From the NCBI GenBank assembly GCA_002633005.1, contig NMRA01000042.1, positions 370,838-434,837 of the forward strand: DNA of 64,000 bases, read 5' to 3'. Below the pieces are notes generated by a model. The model saw nothing but the letters and a program-made list of their open reading frames with translations. It was not told where the DNA came from and searched no databases. Below, one piece after another: positions 13,601 to 25,372 of this stretch (positions within the stretch are counted from its first letter, which is position 1; each line of letters opens with the position of its first letter). Both the position numbers and the translations under genes were made by a program. Source of the DNA: Phoronis australis (Eukaryota; Animalia; Phoronida).

Positions 13601-16600
13601 CCTAAAAATAATGCAAACATTTTTTACGGTATTAGAAACTTTCAGAAATAAGTTCCAGTATTTATTTCTTGCTGATGTTATGCTACCCGTTTCATGAATA
13701 GATAGTTCCCCAAGACTAATCTTCAATGACAGGTACTTGCATGTAGCGTGAGCTTCCTGGCCATGTGCTTTTAACAAAGGTCAAGTTTTATTAGTCTTCC
13801 ATTTGCAGTTTTCACGTATACAAAGAAATTTGAATTCCTGTTTAGGGAGAAAATCTGTACCGGAAAGACACAATACAATCCCATTGACAAATACACTGCG
13901 TCTGTTCTTAAAGGCATTTTTCACATGTATACGGTGTTCATGGACTGGGCGCTTACTTTAGTAAAGTCTGAAAACGCGTGGGGGGCATTTATAGGGGCAT
14001 GGGCGCTTATTAGGGTGAATACGGTAACTCTCAATCAAAGATATTACAGTTACAGTATACAGTATCTTTGTCTCAACTGAAGCCAAATGTCAGAATTCCA
14101 ACAAAAACATAAAAACAGAAACCGATGTGAAGTTCAATGCCATGATACATGTTCATCACTACAGACAGCCTCACAAGGACTTGGACAAAGTGGGGGTACA
14201 TTAGAACAGCTTGTTAAACATGGACATTTTCATTTGCATTTTTAGAAGCCAACTGTTAAGCTTGTCAGCGGCTGAACAAAATCCCAGACAACTGTACTGG
14301 GGTGAAACTCCTGTCTTAAAGTTGTCGCTAGATGTTATCTATTCCAATACAGGAAGTCAATACATTGAAAATCAACTGGCAGGATTCAGCATTATATCCG
14401 GAAAACGTTATTAAATTGGAGCTACATCATCCAAGTAATTTGTGTTCAGTCAAATAAATCTTCCCATCAACCTAACAGCGGAGTTCATTTCAATTCACTC
14501 ATTACAATTTGGGCAAGGCCAATTCATCACATCTTTTAGATAACCTACAAGGTAGAGTACATGCCACACATAAAATTTGCTTTTAAGGTAAATCCTTGCA
14601 AACGAAGTTAATCTCAACGATGTATCATTAGATACTTGGAAGATATGTTGCGAACGATCCATTCCCCGAGTTGGAGTAATGTTATGCCAAGACAATGTGT
14701 AAGGAACAACAGTACACTCTCTGTACCATTCTACACAGCCTACTTGTGTGTGTCGCTGCGACTTGTTTGGCAGCACTTGCGAATGCTTAAATGGCTAGCA
14801 ACCTGTTTGAAAAAACAACGTTTATGCTGAGCATGTAAATCTTGCTACCAAGTCAAAGGTTTCTGTAAGCTTACAGTAAAGGTATCTCAATTAACTTGGA
14901 TATGTTTACTACAACAATTTCTCTTCATTTTTGCAAATGCTCACTATTTTTGAACTGCAGGATGACATATACTGACTGTTCAGGGACCTGTTTAACTAAT
15001 GTAACAGAGCAAGTCTCCACTGAACCTCAGAATATGTATTTTCTCTCATCAGGCATTCATTTCAGTTCAATTTGCACATGATAACGATCAACTTTCCATG
15101 AAAGCAAAAGAAGGAAACACCCTTCTCCTAAGCCTGTCGCTAGCGAAGTGCCCGACACATACAGTCGCGCCCACATGCCCACGTAATAAAGGCGCACTGA
15201 GACGCAACAAAGACATTAGCATAAGAATAACTGAACATTTGCAACTAAATAAGAATAACAATAAGCGTAAAGTTACGAACGTCCCGTCACACTAAAATGT
15301 TTTAAAACTTAATAAAAACAAAAACACTTTTAGGGTAACTGGAGATTTACGTCATACCTTAGGACTGGTTGCAAGTCTCTGCATAGACACTGGGTTATAA
15401 GATTGTTTTGAAAATATATCAATCACGTGAAAAAGACCCCAGAAAATGGGTTGATCAATTTTTAAAGAAAAATAAATAAATTTCCCATCTTCCCATATTG
15501 TGTCCTAAACTGCTGTGCATTTTGCAACACAACAAATGTTACAATTCCCAAACATTCCCAGTTCAGATAGAGAAACATACTTCTCAGGAAGCAAATAGCT
15601 GTTGTCACAGCAACATTAAAATTGTGTTCTCATACAATGTCACAAAGGAATTTTTGGCAATAAAACATATAACTACAGACAGCATCTGCACTAACAGCCA
15701 AATTGTTTTTTGGCCAACAGCAATTAATACCAATGGTCATTAGTATCAAAGCGCAAATATTTTGAAATATGTGTATTGAAGAATAATTTCAGACTAATTT
15801 AGCATACATATATTCAAAACGTAGCGTTTCTGACATAGAACATCAGGTAAACTAGGGTTAAAACATAAAAATTCGAGTTAAGGCCTTGGTCACGTGAAGA
15901 GCCTAGAAATCTGGGTAGGGTGCACTGATCTCCATGACCTGATTTAACAGGTCGCTGTGACCTGTTTGATTTTACCTCTGACCTCTTTAAATAGCACGCT
16001 ACCCAATTGATTTTCATTTTCAACAAAAAAGTATCATTTTGTGTGTTCGCTACGTTATGTATTGCTGTAAGTACACTGTCTAAATTTTTCAAAGTGGTTG
16101 TCAACATGGCCTGTTTAATTTTAAGTTTGGAGAACACAAGGGTATACCCTTAAATTTGTAATTTCAAGAAATTGAGGGTGAACCCTTATGTCCAGTTTTG
16201 GCCAACACTGGAATACCATATCTCATAAAAAGCTAATTGAATTCATATCAAACTTTCAGATACTATGATTTATGTACTGTTCTTTAAATTTTGTTAGGAA
16301 TTGCGTTTAAAATGTTTTACTACTGCATAAAGGCCACCAAAATATAGGACTTTTATATTAGTCATGAAAATAATCAAAAGTTGCATATAACAAAAATGAA
16401 ACCGTAATTAAAAAAAAAACGTATCAGCGTTTTGAGATTTCATCTTCAACATTTACATTTTAAATCAAAATCTGGCCATTTGTTGTGCTAGCAATTTACC
16501 TTTATCTTTTGCTAAATTTTACTAACAAAACATGCATACCTCATCATCGCAACTTAAATTTTTTAGACAAAATCAAAATATCTGTCAGATGCAAAATTAA

Positions 16601-19190
16601 GTTTTCAAAAGTCCAAACCTTAACAGCTGCAATTAAACTATCTACTGTATCCAAAAAGAATTTCCTTACGTTTCCAGAGTAGATGTCAATCTCTACTGAA
16701 TGAATATAGGTTAAGAATTACCATAGGCCACTTGACACACTACACAATGCACTTCATGGTACATGGACAGTGGCAGTCACTAACAACACTTTCAGAGATT
16801 TACATAGGACCATATCGACAAGTATGCATATTTAGCCAAATATCTACAAAACTATAGATTTTAACAATATATTTTCTGAAAGCAGACAGCCTGTTGACTT
16901 TGATTTTTGACTTTTTATCAATTTTCCATTAATTGGGTCACATGACCGTGTCTTTTAGTACATGTACATTGATGGCAAAAATATTATCAATAACATAACC
17001 AAATTTTATTTGATGTAAATATTCAAGCCGAGAAATCAAATAAGCTGTTACAGTTTTCTAAAACATCATTTCATTTTATAAGTTTCATAGTTTTTTTCGT
17101 GAAAATCATAAAAGCCCCATTTTTAAGAACCCTTCATGCAAAGGTGCAGCGTTCTAAAAAGAATTCCTAACAGCGTTTTGGAAAACAGTGTAAAAAGCAC
17201 ATAAGCTGAAAGTTCCACAGGAATCCAATCAGACATTTTTGAGACATATGTTCCAAAGTGTGAAAATTTTATGTAAATACAGAACACTGCGTGGATTACC
17301 CTATCTCACCTGTCAACGTTTATTTGAGCTGGCTGCAAGCTACTTTATCACCTGATAAATAATAACAAGGTGTTGATTTGTCGATATCTGAGACTTGTAC
17401 AGCTAGGTGTTAAGGTGTAGCTTTCTGATAAATAGTTATCATAATAATAGAAAATGATTAATTTTACTCAATTTCGCAAGTATTGGACTATGTTGATTAA
17501 TGTTAACAGCATTAGCACAACTCACCATAAGGCTAAAAGTCTAATAGCCAGTCTTGTGATATTATTCCAAACAGTGCAACACATGTACATAAACAGCTGA
17601 GATGACAATTTCAAAATTATTTACAAAAGTGAATTTTAGGTTCTTCAATCTGAAAAACTGCATGCCATAAGTCAACTAGAGTCTGGTCTCGAGCAATAAT
17701 GAACTATCACTTCTACTTCAAATTTGACTAAGGAACAATTCGAGACGAATTTGAAAACGGTACATGGTCAAAAATCAGGATTTGGTTTTTGCAACCGAAG
17801 TTGTATTTAAAGTAGCCAATACCTTGCAGAAGTTTTTTTGACAGTAAGTTTTTCAATCATTCGAGTGGCAAGCACATGAAGAAATGGACTTATCTTGTTT
17901 GCATCTTCAACTACTTTGGTGACATTCAGGGCAGATCAGTACTGTGCTTTTGCCGGGTACTTTTTCAACGTATATTTTCTCTTGATTTCAAATTGCGTAC
18001 TTAGGTACTCGAGTACATGTGTCCATTAGAGGGAGCCGCTTTAACTTTTGTATCATCAACTAGGCTTACAGCAATGGGAAATCTTTCAAACTTCTAGTCT
18101 GCATACTTCAGTTTCAAATAGCATGGATGATCAGGGCGACTCTGTGGGTCAGCGGGTAAGCAGCAGCGCTTCAGCGCCATTAATTCGCAATTCTTAAGAA
18201 GACACACAACTTCCCACAACCGGTCACGGACACACCGAATGTACAGCTGAACATGTGGTTGTTGACTGGCACGGCGACCAAAGAAAAAAATGACGAACGT
18301 CAGCTCCATATTCTATTTTTTCATTTACGAGCATGTCGAGCCTTGATGCTTAACAAAACGCAACTGGTCTGCATTGAAAAAGTGCTGGATTTTGCGATGC
18401 CATTTTGACAATCACTTTTAAACATCACCATTTGGCTAAACAAAGCGATGTGGACTTTTCGAGCACTGATTTGTCTTTTTTCATTTTGACTAATATGGAA
18501 TAAATACCACCACCAAAACACATTAAATTATATAATTCATGATGCATTCTAAGAATATACTCCATTCATAACATTCTGCAACTTAAGGTTATTTGAGTTG
18601 CAATAATTTTAACACACCCTTTTTCCCATTCAAAACTCGAACAAGGAATCACACAAGGATAAACTGGAGTGTAACCTGTACAACATAACCCTATTTCTGG
18701 AATCGAATATGAGGAACAATAATAAGTCGTAGTAGACAAGAAATTTTTCAATTTCTAGGCCAACAGAAGCCTTGTCCAGCTCAATAAATAAGAACGGCCA
18801 TATTTGATTTCAAAATGGCTGAACGGGGAGAACGAGCTAGCCGTCTCCATTGCTCACAGAAAATGCAGTAACGAAAGAGTCTAAATGCACATATAAAAAA
18901 CTTATACACCTTAATAATACCTTATCTGCTTTTAGAAACAGTAAAATGGAGATTAATAAAAGACAACACACGTATATACTAACCTGCAATTCAGCCCGTT
19001 CAACTTCCCAATGCGATCTTTCCATTTCAAACCTTGCCCATTCCGTTTGTAAAAAGTGCAAAATTCCAGGCATGGAATAATGTGATCGCTGCCCATGTTC
19101 TTCTTGAAACTGTTTATTCTGCATACCGTATCCACCCGAATTCGGCCCCATTTGGCCACTATTATTCGATAAAGAAGAATCGTCAATCAT
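1689..19190 (-). CDS. STRN3: Striatin family protein (STRIPAK / PP2A B''' scaffold), 5' part; continues left of the window
   Basis: Coding exons (minus strand): 19190-18984, 10557-10454, 10209-10130, 6439-6364, 5919-5755, 5626-5449, 5257-5113, 3347-3240, 1796-1689. All have GT-AG boundaries and consistent phases. Translation includes YSMPGILHFLQTEWARFEMERSHWEVERAELQARIAFLQGERKGQENLKQDLVRRIKMLEFALKQERAKYHKLKFG (caveolin-binding/coiled-coil), WRQGRQLLRQYLQEIGY (CaM-binding), DTEEALAEFDFL..GEGAGEARSHGDGTEW and LISKLKEQYKKERKGKK. Likely the single invertebrate striatin, most similar to STRN3 as I recall it. WD40 exons are not in the window. Confidence 0.95.
1943..3103. mobile_element. Non-autonomous DNA transposon (P- or hAT-like) in a striatin intron
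   Basis: Perfect 15-bp TIR CAGACCTGTGTACCA / TGGTACACAGGTCTG, flanked on both sides by TGTTAAA (7-bp TSD). No transposase ORF. Confidence 0.8.
7239..7325. repeat. 41-bp tandem duplication
   Basis: acagggaacattggactcttgacatgaacaa(a/g)ccaactgtg x2. Confidence 0.9.
7890..9780 (+). mobile_element. Composite non-autonomous repeat with internal ~380-420-bp tandem units (Helentron/DINE-HINE-like)
   Basis: Recurrent blocks aaattgccactagggg (~8482, 8906, 9281), catccttagaa.ggtttggttgat (~8711, 9076) and gaggatagcgtcatctca (~8808, 9183). Also an (ACGG)n microsatellite at ~9430, a short 3' stem-loop cacatat-aa-atatgtg (~9462-9477), aacaagag-type starts and A-rich ends. Confidence 0.6.
10786..11001 (-). 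mobile_element. tRNA-derived SINE
   Basis: Minus-strand head ctcagtggtttgagctctggactcc...cccgaGTTCAAATCCtggc (A/B-box-like) and a (TACT)n tail at 10786-10797. Confidence 0.6.
11020..11072. repeat. 25-bp tandem duplication
   Basis: tacagtaatagccagcca(t/a)ggtagg x2. Confidence 0.85.
13046..14024. mobile_element. Tc1/mariner (pogo/Tigger-like) MITE
   Basis: Imperfect TIRs CAGTATTTGCCCTAATATGCACCC / GGGCGCTTATTAGGGTGAATACGG flanked by TA on both sides (13044-45, 14025-26). Non-coding interior. Confidence 0.75.
15331..17303. mobile_element. Probable degenerate non-autonomous DNA element(s)
   Basis: Short inverted ends TAGGGTAA...TTACCCTA around AT-rich, repeat-like non-coding sequence. Boundaries and family uncertain. 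Confidence 0.3.
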
Positions 19191-19207
19191 CGTCCCATTT
19201 TTCTTGA

Positions 19208-19267
19208 CATGGCCGCCATTATAGTTTGACAATTTGTCACAAGGAGTCGTTTATCAATATGACGTCA
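19208..19267. promoter_or_regulatory. Striatin proximal promoter motifs (YY1-like AATGGCGG on minus strand; palindromic CRE TGACGTCA)
   Basis: ccgccatt ~20-30 bp upstream of the striatin ATG; TGACGTCA at 19260-19267. Lies in the divergent striatin/ZNF interval. Confidence 0.5.
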
Positions 19268-20716
19268 TGCTGACTTCTGAATTCACAAGGTGGCGATACT
19301 TTCCAGTTCAACACTGAGAAAAGCTGCTGTTGATCTCACTTAGACAGACGGAATACTTTTAGCTTCAGCGTTTATTGTTCACATTGAATATTCAATGGAA
19401 ACCAGCTTAAATGATGTAGCCTAACATTTATTTCCATATGTTTCGAGGTGGCACCCAACAGTTAGGGGTGAGCCACATGACATTTTCTAGTCCCTAGATA
19501 TTAAATACAGGGCCGGTGTGTCAAGTTTGGCGGGAGGCCGTTGAGTGAGGAATTTCATTGCCAGGAAATGATTTACTTGTGTTTTTGAATGAAAAAAGAC
19601 AAGTTTTTTAGCCGTGACCCACTTTCCTTGAAAAATGGTGGCTGTCGCCTGCTGACTGAGAAAACGGGTGCAATGAGTCAGGTGGCTGTAAGACAGATCC
19701 AAATTGCGAAAGGGTAGCTGGTAAGGGGCGTACTATGACCACGTATTCAGAATCTAGAGAGAACGAAAATTCTGAATCTGTTGTCAGATTTTCTCTAGCA
19801 CTTGGGGAAGTAGTAAATTTAGGAAGAAAACTGTCAAATTGGGTGTTTTTTGGTTCTATTTTTGTGTGCCGGTATTTTTTCCCGATGTGAATTAGCCCGG
19901 CGATTAAAAACCTGTAGCAGAATTAAGTTTCCGTTATCATGAGTAGTACTTTTGAGTTTGGAACGCCAAAGAACCTTTTGTTTTTTTTCAGACTCTCGAT
20001 AAGGACGTGAGATAAGGACTCGTCTCGACACGGGTGTGTGTCAGCAGCCAAAACCCGGTTTTAACTGTAGTGTGGCCCCCTAACCATGCGGTAGCGCCGA
20101 GGAAACCCAGGCCTACGGTAACACCACACTTGGCCCCCAGGTCACACAACAACCCCATAAACACTCATTCCCCATTTTAGGTAGTGAAAACAAACAATAT
20201 CAATAGCTGTTATTGTAGACTAACAACTAAAAATAATAAACTTAAATATGCAAATAATATTTTCTTATTCTGACTTGTCTTTCATAGAAATTCGATTCAC
20301 TGTTCACGTTTCTGTATTATATTCTATATAGTTTCACTGTTGTGCACAAGGTAAGTAGAGCTTTGTGGGCTTTCGAAGCAGCAAAAAATTAAATGACTGA
20401 GTCAAAATCCAATTTCCTTCAGGGCTCCTTCACCTTTGAGACCTCCACAAAACACTAATCGGTCACTTTGGTTCTCTTCGGTGCACGCGCGCCCCATTTA
20501 CCGCAAAACTGCGATTATTTTTAGAAGACATGGCCCCATTGCACCAGCCTCTCAATCTATTTTGAATCTTTTCGGTGTGGGTGCACAATTAACCACCAAA
20601 CTGGGGTTCTTTTTATGTTAAAACTTAATGCGCGCGACTACCTATTTATGGAATCTCGGAGAATGTTAGGGTCGGTGGCCATGACCCCTTTGGTGCCCCT
20701 CTTAATCCGTTACTGT

Positions 20717-20966
20717 GAGGGCTGAAGCAAAACACACTATATAGCTTCTTTACAGTTCCAAAAATTTAATAGCGTGGGGGCAACATGAGTTCCACGCAGA
20801 TTTAGACTACNGAATAGACGTATTATATTTTACTCTCATCTGTGTTGTTTTACTGGTTCTACGAACACAACAGAGGGCTAAAGCAAAACACACTATATAG
20901 CTTCTTTACAGTTCCAAAAATTTAATAGCGTGGGGGCAACATGAGTTCCACGCAGATTTAGACTAC
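20717..20966. repeat. 94-bp near-perfect direct duplication around a single N (likely assembly join)
   Basis: 20717-20810 and 20873-20966 differ at one base; N at 20811. Confidence 0.85.
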
Positions 20967-23633
20967 AAACAAGCACAGGTTGGGAATATAGCTATATGTG
21001 TCTCTACGCATGTTACTGCGGCGTTGTCGTCGTCACCTGGACCCCGACCTTCAAAGGTCAGAACACCATTTTCCTGAGGAAAAGGTTTCCTCACAACTGA
21101 TTACAGAAAAAATTGATGTCATAGATGGAGAGCAAAAAGTGGTTCCAAAACAAGTAAACGGAAGCAACAGGCTTGGAGGTACAGTGGGTCCCAGACTGGC
21201 TAAACAGTTCCCGCAATCAGAAAAACACAACCATAATCAGTTAAAGGACTTTTGGAAACTGAGTGGAACGAGGGAAGTGGTGTGGTCGTCCGAGGAGATG
21301 AAATCACAGAAGTAGTATAAAGGTATTTTTAAGAGCGACGACAAAAAGTAGGCCTAATAGAAAACGCAGGTTCAATACACCATTTTTTGTAAAGAAGAAA
21401 TTGAATTGTTCCAAGTTTAAGCAAGGGTGTGGCGTGCTTAAACTTGGAATTGGATAAAAAAATCCGAATGCACTCACTAGAAGTCTTCCGAAATTAATAA
21501 AAAATGTATTTAAAATGTATTGCAACCAATGTCTGATTGTTTAGTTAGGATTCCAAGTTCATGGTTCAAGTACAGCAGATTAGTTTTTCTTCCTCCGTAA
21601 TGTGGCGCTGTATTTCTCTCTTGCAGGAAGCTCGTGAAAATCTCCGACCCGCTCTCTGGAAGTACAGTGCTTCAACGTTTTCTTATAAAACCTTAGGCGT
21701 TTTATCAATTTATTCAAAGTTTGCTTTTAAAGGTACTTCACATGTGTTTTACAGTAACTTGTTCTCAAATCAGCAACCCGTGCATCCGACTATTACCTCA
21801 GTCAACATAACGATTAACGTCAGAGTATCATACATAGTCATAGGTTATACTGGTTATAGTCTATTGGACTATGCCTGTCTGTGGTGAAGCACACCTTCGT
21901 GGCCAACGCCGAGAACGCGTCATATCAAGTCGTCTACATGCAATATTTTAAGCATTATGCTTAGGATCGTGCTAAACTATTAAAGTTATGTTTGACTGTA
22001 TGTACTTTTCGAATGTAGATGGATGCCTTTGGAGGCAGTTAGAGTCTTTAAAATATTAAATCCTTCCAACTCAAACAAATACTGCCGCAATCAACTTAGT
22101 CCGTCGTCGAAGTCGAACATTGATTGAATGCCATTACTGCAAGGAGTTTACTACAATTGTACTGCACTCGTTTATTACAGTCAATGTGCTCAAGGTCAAA
22201 CGGAAACGCCAGTACAGAGCGTTGAGGGGGAGAGGGGGTCACCTGTCTGCCATCCATGGTGATAGGATGGAGGGAGCACAGGCGACATAATGTTATATTA
22301 TTGTTGTGATGGACCGTGCAGAGTTGGCAGGCAAAACCCCAAGTCTTTGTGCTAAATTATTCTTTATAGTACTTTAATCTGACAGCATTAAGATCAGAGT
22401 TGCCTGAACAATTAAGATGTTTAATTTCACTTTCTGCTCTTTTTGAGGACGGAAACAGAGCCAGTGGTAATAAGTGTGTACAATTTATACTCCCTGAAGA
22501 CCGTAAGTTTGCTTCACAGTCAAAATAGCGTTAAATGGAGGTGGAGGGATAGGTGCCTATTCCATTGCATTCCCACAGTCTTTTGTCCGATTTCAGAGCT
22601 TGCATGCTTGGCAATTATTTACCGTGATTCAAATTGTTATTTCTTCATCCGTACTGTTTTATTGTGAGGAAGTTACTTACATACTAACTGGATGTGCCCC
22701 ACAAATGACTAAAAGAACGTGTGCAAATCTCTTGACGAAATGCAGGTGCGGTGAAACAGTCGCAGTTTTTAATGCTCCAAGGGTACTCACTATATAGGAT
22801 GTATGACTCAGGGTGGTTTTCACAATTTTCCTATGAAAGTTTGACTGTGTGCTTTTGAACTTAAAATTCTGACCTTTTCGGATTTCATTCTTTATAAAAT
22901 GATCCTTTGGAAGTTCAAAACTCAAAAATTCTTTTTACAACTACAAGAAGGATTAAATTTCTCCATCTTTTTGAAACATAGTGTTAGATTTATGTGATTA
23001 ACCCCTACAAGAGGGTGGTGTTTCTGGGAAGCAACACTACAAAAGGGTGACTTTTCGTGGAAGCTTCCTGCAATTGGGTCCATTCTCTAAATAGATGGGT
23101 ATCCAAATTTTCCAGTTGCTCATCTGTCAAAATTTTAGTACTCCAGGCCTTCTATGCAGGTATGCTAACAAACCAAGATTCCTGTTGTTATTGGGTTACA
23201 AAGCTGGTAATTATGAAGATCGTGGTTGAAATGATCTATGCAGTCTGCTGATGTTTGACCGGAGGGAGGGGGTGCAGCTGTTCATTTCCAACTCTTGACC
23301 AACTGGTAATCCTGCACTGTAGCCATATAAATTATCCGGAAGTGATGAGAACTATTTACTTTCATGAACATAGTAGTTCTCAATGACTTCAGTCTGGATA
23401 ACGGCTGAAATGCAAGATTACTGACCTATGTGCAAACCTTGGCCAACCGAGACAAAGACTACCAGAGAACATTATGAAGTTGTGAAAGCAGAAACTTGTC
23501 TGATTTTTCCATTTCTGTTGAATTTCTTGGTCACATTTCCTTAAATTACATTCAAGGCTGTTGACACTGCTAATGAGTAGTGCTGCTACAGTTCTTGCAC
23601 AACTTTATGTTGGGATTGAACCAAAATGGGAAA

Positions 23634-23647
23634 GTAACCCTGGCAAC
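23634..23647. promoter_or_regulatory. RFX X-box-like motif
   Basis: GTAACCCTGGCAAC matches GTNRCC-N(0-3)-RGYAAC, ~270 bp upstream of the ZNF start codon. Confidence 0.35.
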
Positions 23648-23911
23648 TAACTTCAGCTTTCATGATTGAGTTTGTATATAGACGTTGTTGTAACCAGAAT
23701 GGTAGTTTGAGCTGAAGACTACTTGCTGCAGTCACATGTATCTACCAAGATAATCTGTTATACTCTAGTGTAGTCTATGCGGCAACTGATTTATCTTCTC
23801 ATATAGATGTTGATGACCTTCAGCCAAGTTTGTGTGTTAGAATTGAGGCATTTAATGATAAATACAGCAAACTAAATATCAAACTTATCTGTTGTAGATT
23901 ATTAACCAACA

Positions 23912-24598
23912 ATGACTTTCACGTTCACAACACTATCTGAGGAAGCCAAGGTCTTTGAAAATCTTCCACCGCCTGAAGTGGTCAACATGTTGACCATTGA
24001 ACATTCACAGACTGAACTTCACAAATGCAATGTTTGCGAAAAGGTATTCAGTAAGAGCTGTTACCTCCGATCTCATGAGAGAATGCACCGCGACTGGGAA
24101 AATACTTTCAAATGTGTTCTTTGCGAAAAGAGATTTTTCTCTCGTGCCAATCTCGATGCTCATCTACAGTCACATGGTGAGCAGGAACTTCATTCATGTG
24201 ACATCTGTGGTAAGGTCTTACCTAGTGAAGCTAAACTGGCCAGTCACAAGAGGGTTCACTCGGCTGCACGCCCACACGCCTGTGTTGTGTGCAGCAAGAG
24301 ATTTCTTCGCAAGTTTGATTTGACTGTCCACATTAGAACCCATACTGGTGATCGACCTTTCAAGTGCAATGAATGTGGCAAGTCATTCACTCAAAGTGGC
24401 GCTTTGACGCTTCACGTCCGAACGCACACCGGTGTACGATTGTTTAAGTGCGACATTTGTGATAAAGGCTTCCTGAGGCACTTTGACTTGAGTGTTCACC
24501 ATCGCACGCACACTGGTGAGAAGCCATACAGCTGTCCTGTGTGTGGAAAGTGTTTCTCACAGAAGAGTGCCTTGAAAGTTCATGTTGGTAAACACTGA
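23912..24598 (+). CDS. C2H2 zinc-finger protein (7 tandem fingers, 228 aa)
   Basis: Seven CxxC-x12-HxxxH fingers with TGDRPF/TGVRLF/TGEKPY linkers. Splice acceptor tgtag just upstream (~23898) implies 5'UTR exon(s). AATAAA immediately after the stop. Confidence 0.92.
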   Translation: MTFTFTTLSEEAKVFENLPPPEVVNMLTIEHSQTELHKCNVCEKVFSKSCYLRSHERMHRDWENTFKCVLCEKRFFSRANLDAHLQSHGEQELHSCDICGKVLPSEAKLASHKRVHSAARPHACVVCSKRFLRKFDLTVHIRTHTGDRPFKCNECGKSFTQSGALTLHVRTHTGVRLFKCDICDKGFLRHFDLSVHHRTHTGEKPYSCPVCGKCFSQKSALKVHVGKH

Positions 24599-25254
24599 AT
24601 AAAAATACTGCAAAAAATAATTGTTTGAGAAAAGTAGAAGTGCTTGTGCATGACTCGTGTGCAGATAACGTGTTTGGATCGTCTGCTTCTGTCTTAAGTA
24701 GGACGTGATTGTGTGGAATTTTGGGTCCACAGAGAATGTGACAGTTACCAAGCACATAATGAACTTAATTTTCGGTTTATCTAAAACAAGGGCCTCTTGG
24801 ATGTTCCAAAAGATATCTGCACAATTCTTCGCTTAAACGTTGCCTCTAGGTGGGGATATTACATCCCCGTATCATTGTTTGTTTCGACCACATTATCTCC
24901 CATTTGGTGATCTGGGAATTTTGCAGGGTTGCACTTGGTGAGTTGGTGTTCTGCTAAGGGTTGACCACGGCATTAGTTGTTGGCTGAGTAATTTCTAAAA
25001 TGTTTAGTTCAATGTAGTTGAATGATGCTGTCATTTCTGTTGTGTGCCTATTGTCTTACGGGCTTCTGGGTTATCCGTGGACAAAAATTCAAACAAGGTG
25101 CAATTGCATGTCATGTTCTCACGCAGTAATCTTCCTTTCTGTTTATTCACAAAAATAAACATAGTTACACGTATATTATTCATTTTTATTGCTAAATAAA
25201 TTATATGAAATTTACCACTTTAGAGCACAATTTCAATCATTTAGCTAGTCTTTC

Positions 25255-25372
25255 CAAATATGGCTCAACACTTCCAAATATGGTGCAAAACATTTCAAAG
25301 ATGGTGCAAAACATTTCAAATATGGTGCAAAACATTTCAAATATGGTGCAAAACATTTCAAAGATGGTGCAG
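25255..25372. repeat. 21-bp minisatellite (~5.5 copies)
   Basis: aaa(t/g)atggtgcaaaacatttc repeated; explains spurious ORFs 25205..25435 and 25245..25451. Confidence 0.92.

Noticed and set aside
18837-19232. ORF-track start at 19232 and read-through to 18837 for striatin
   Set aside because: 19232 is a TTG; the first in-frame ATG is at 19190, and homology stops at the GT donor after 18984.
20998-21315. 105-aa ORF between striatin and ZNF
   Set aside because: GTG start, no recognisable motif or phase-compatible link to the ZNF exon; probably a decayed repeat.
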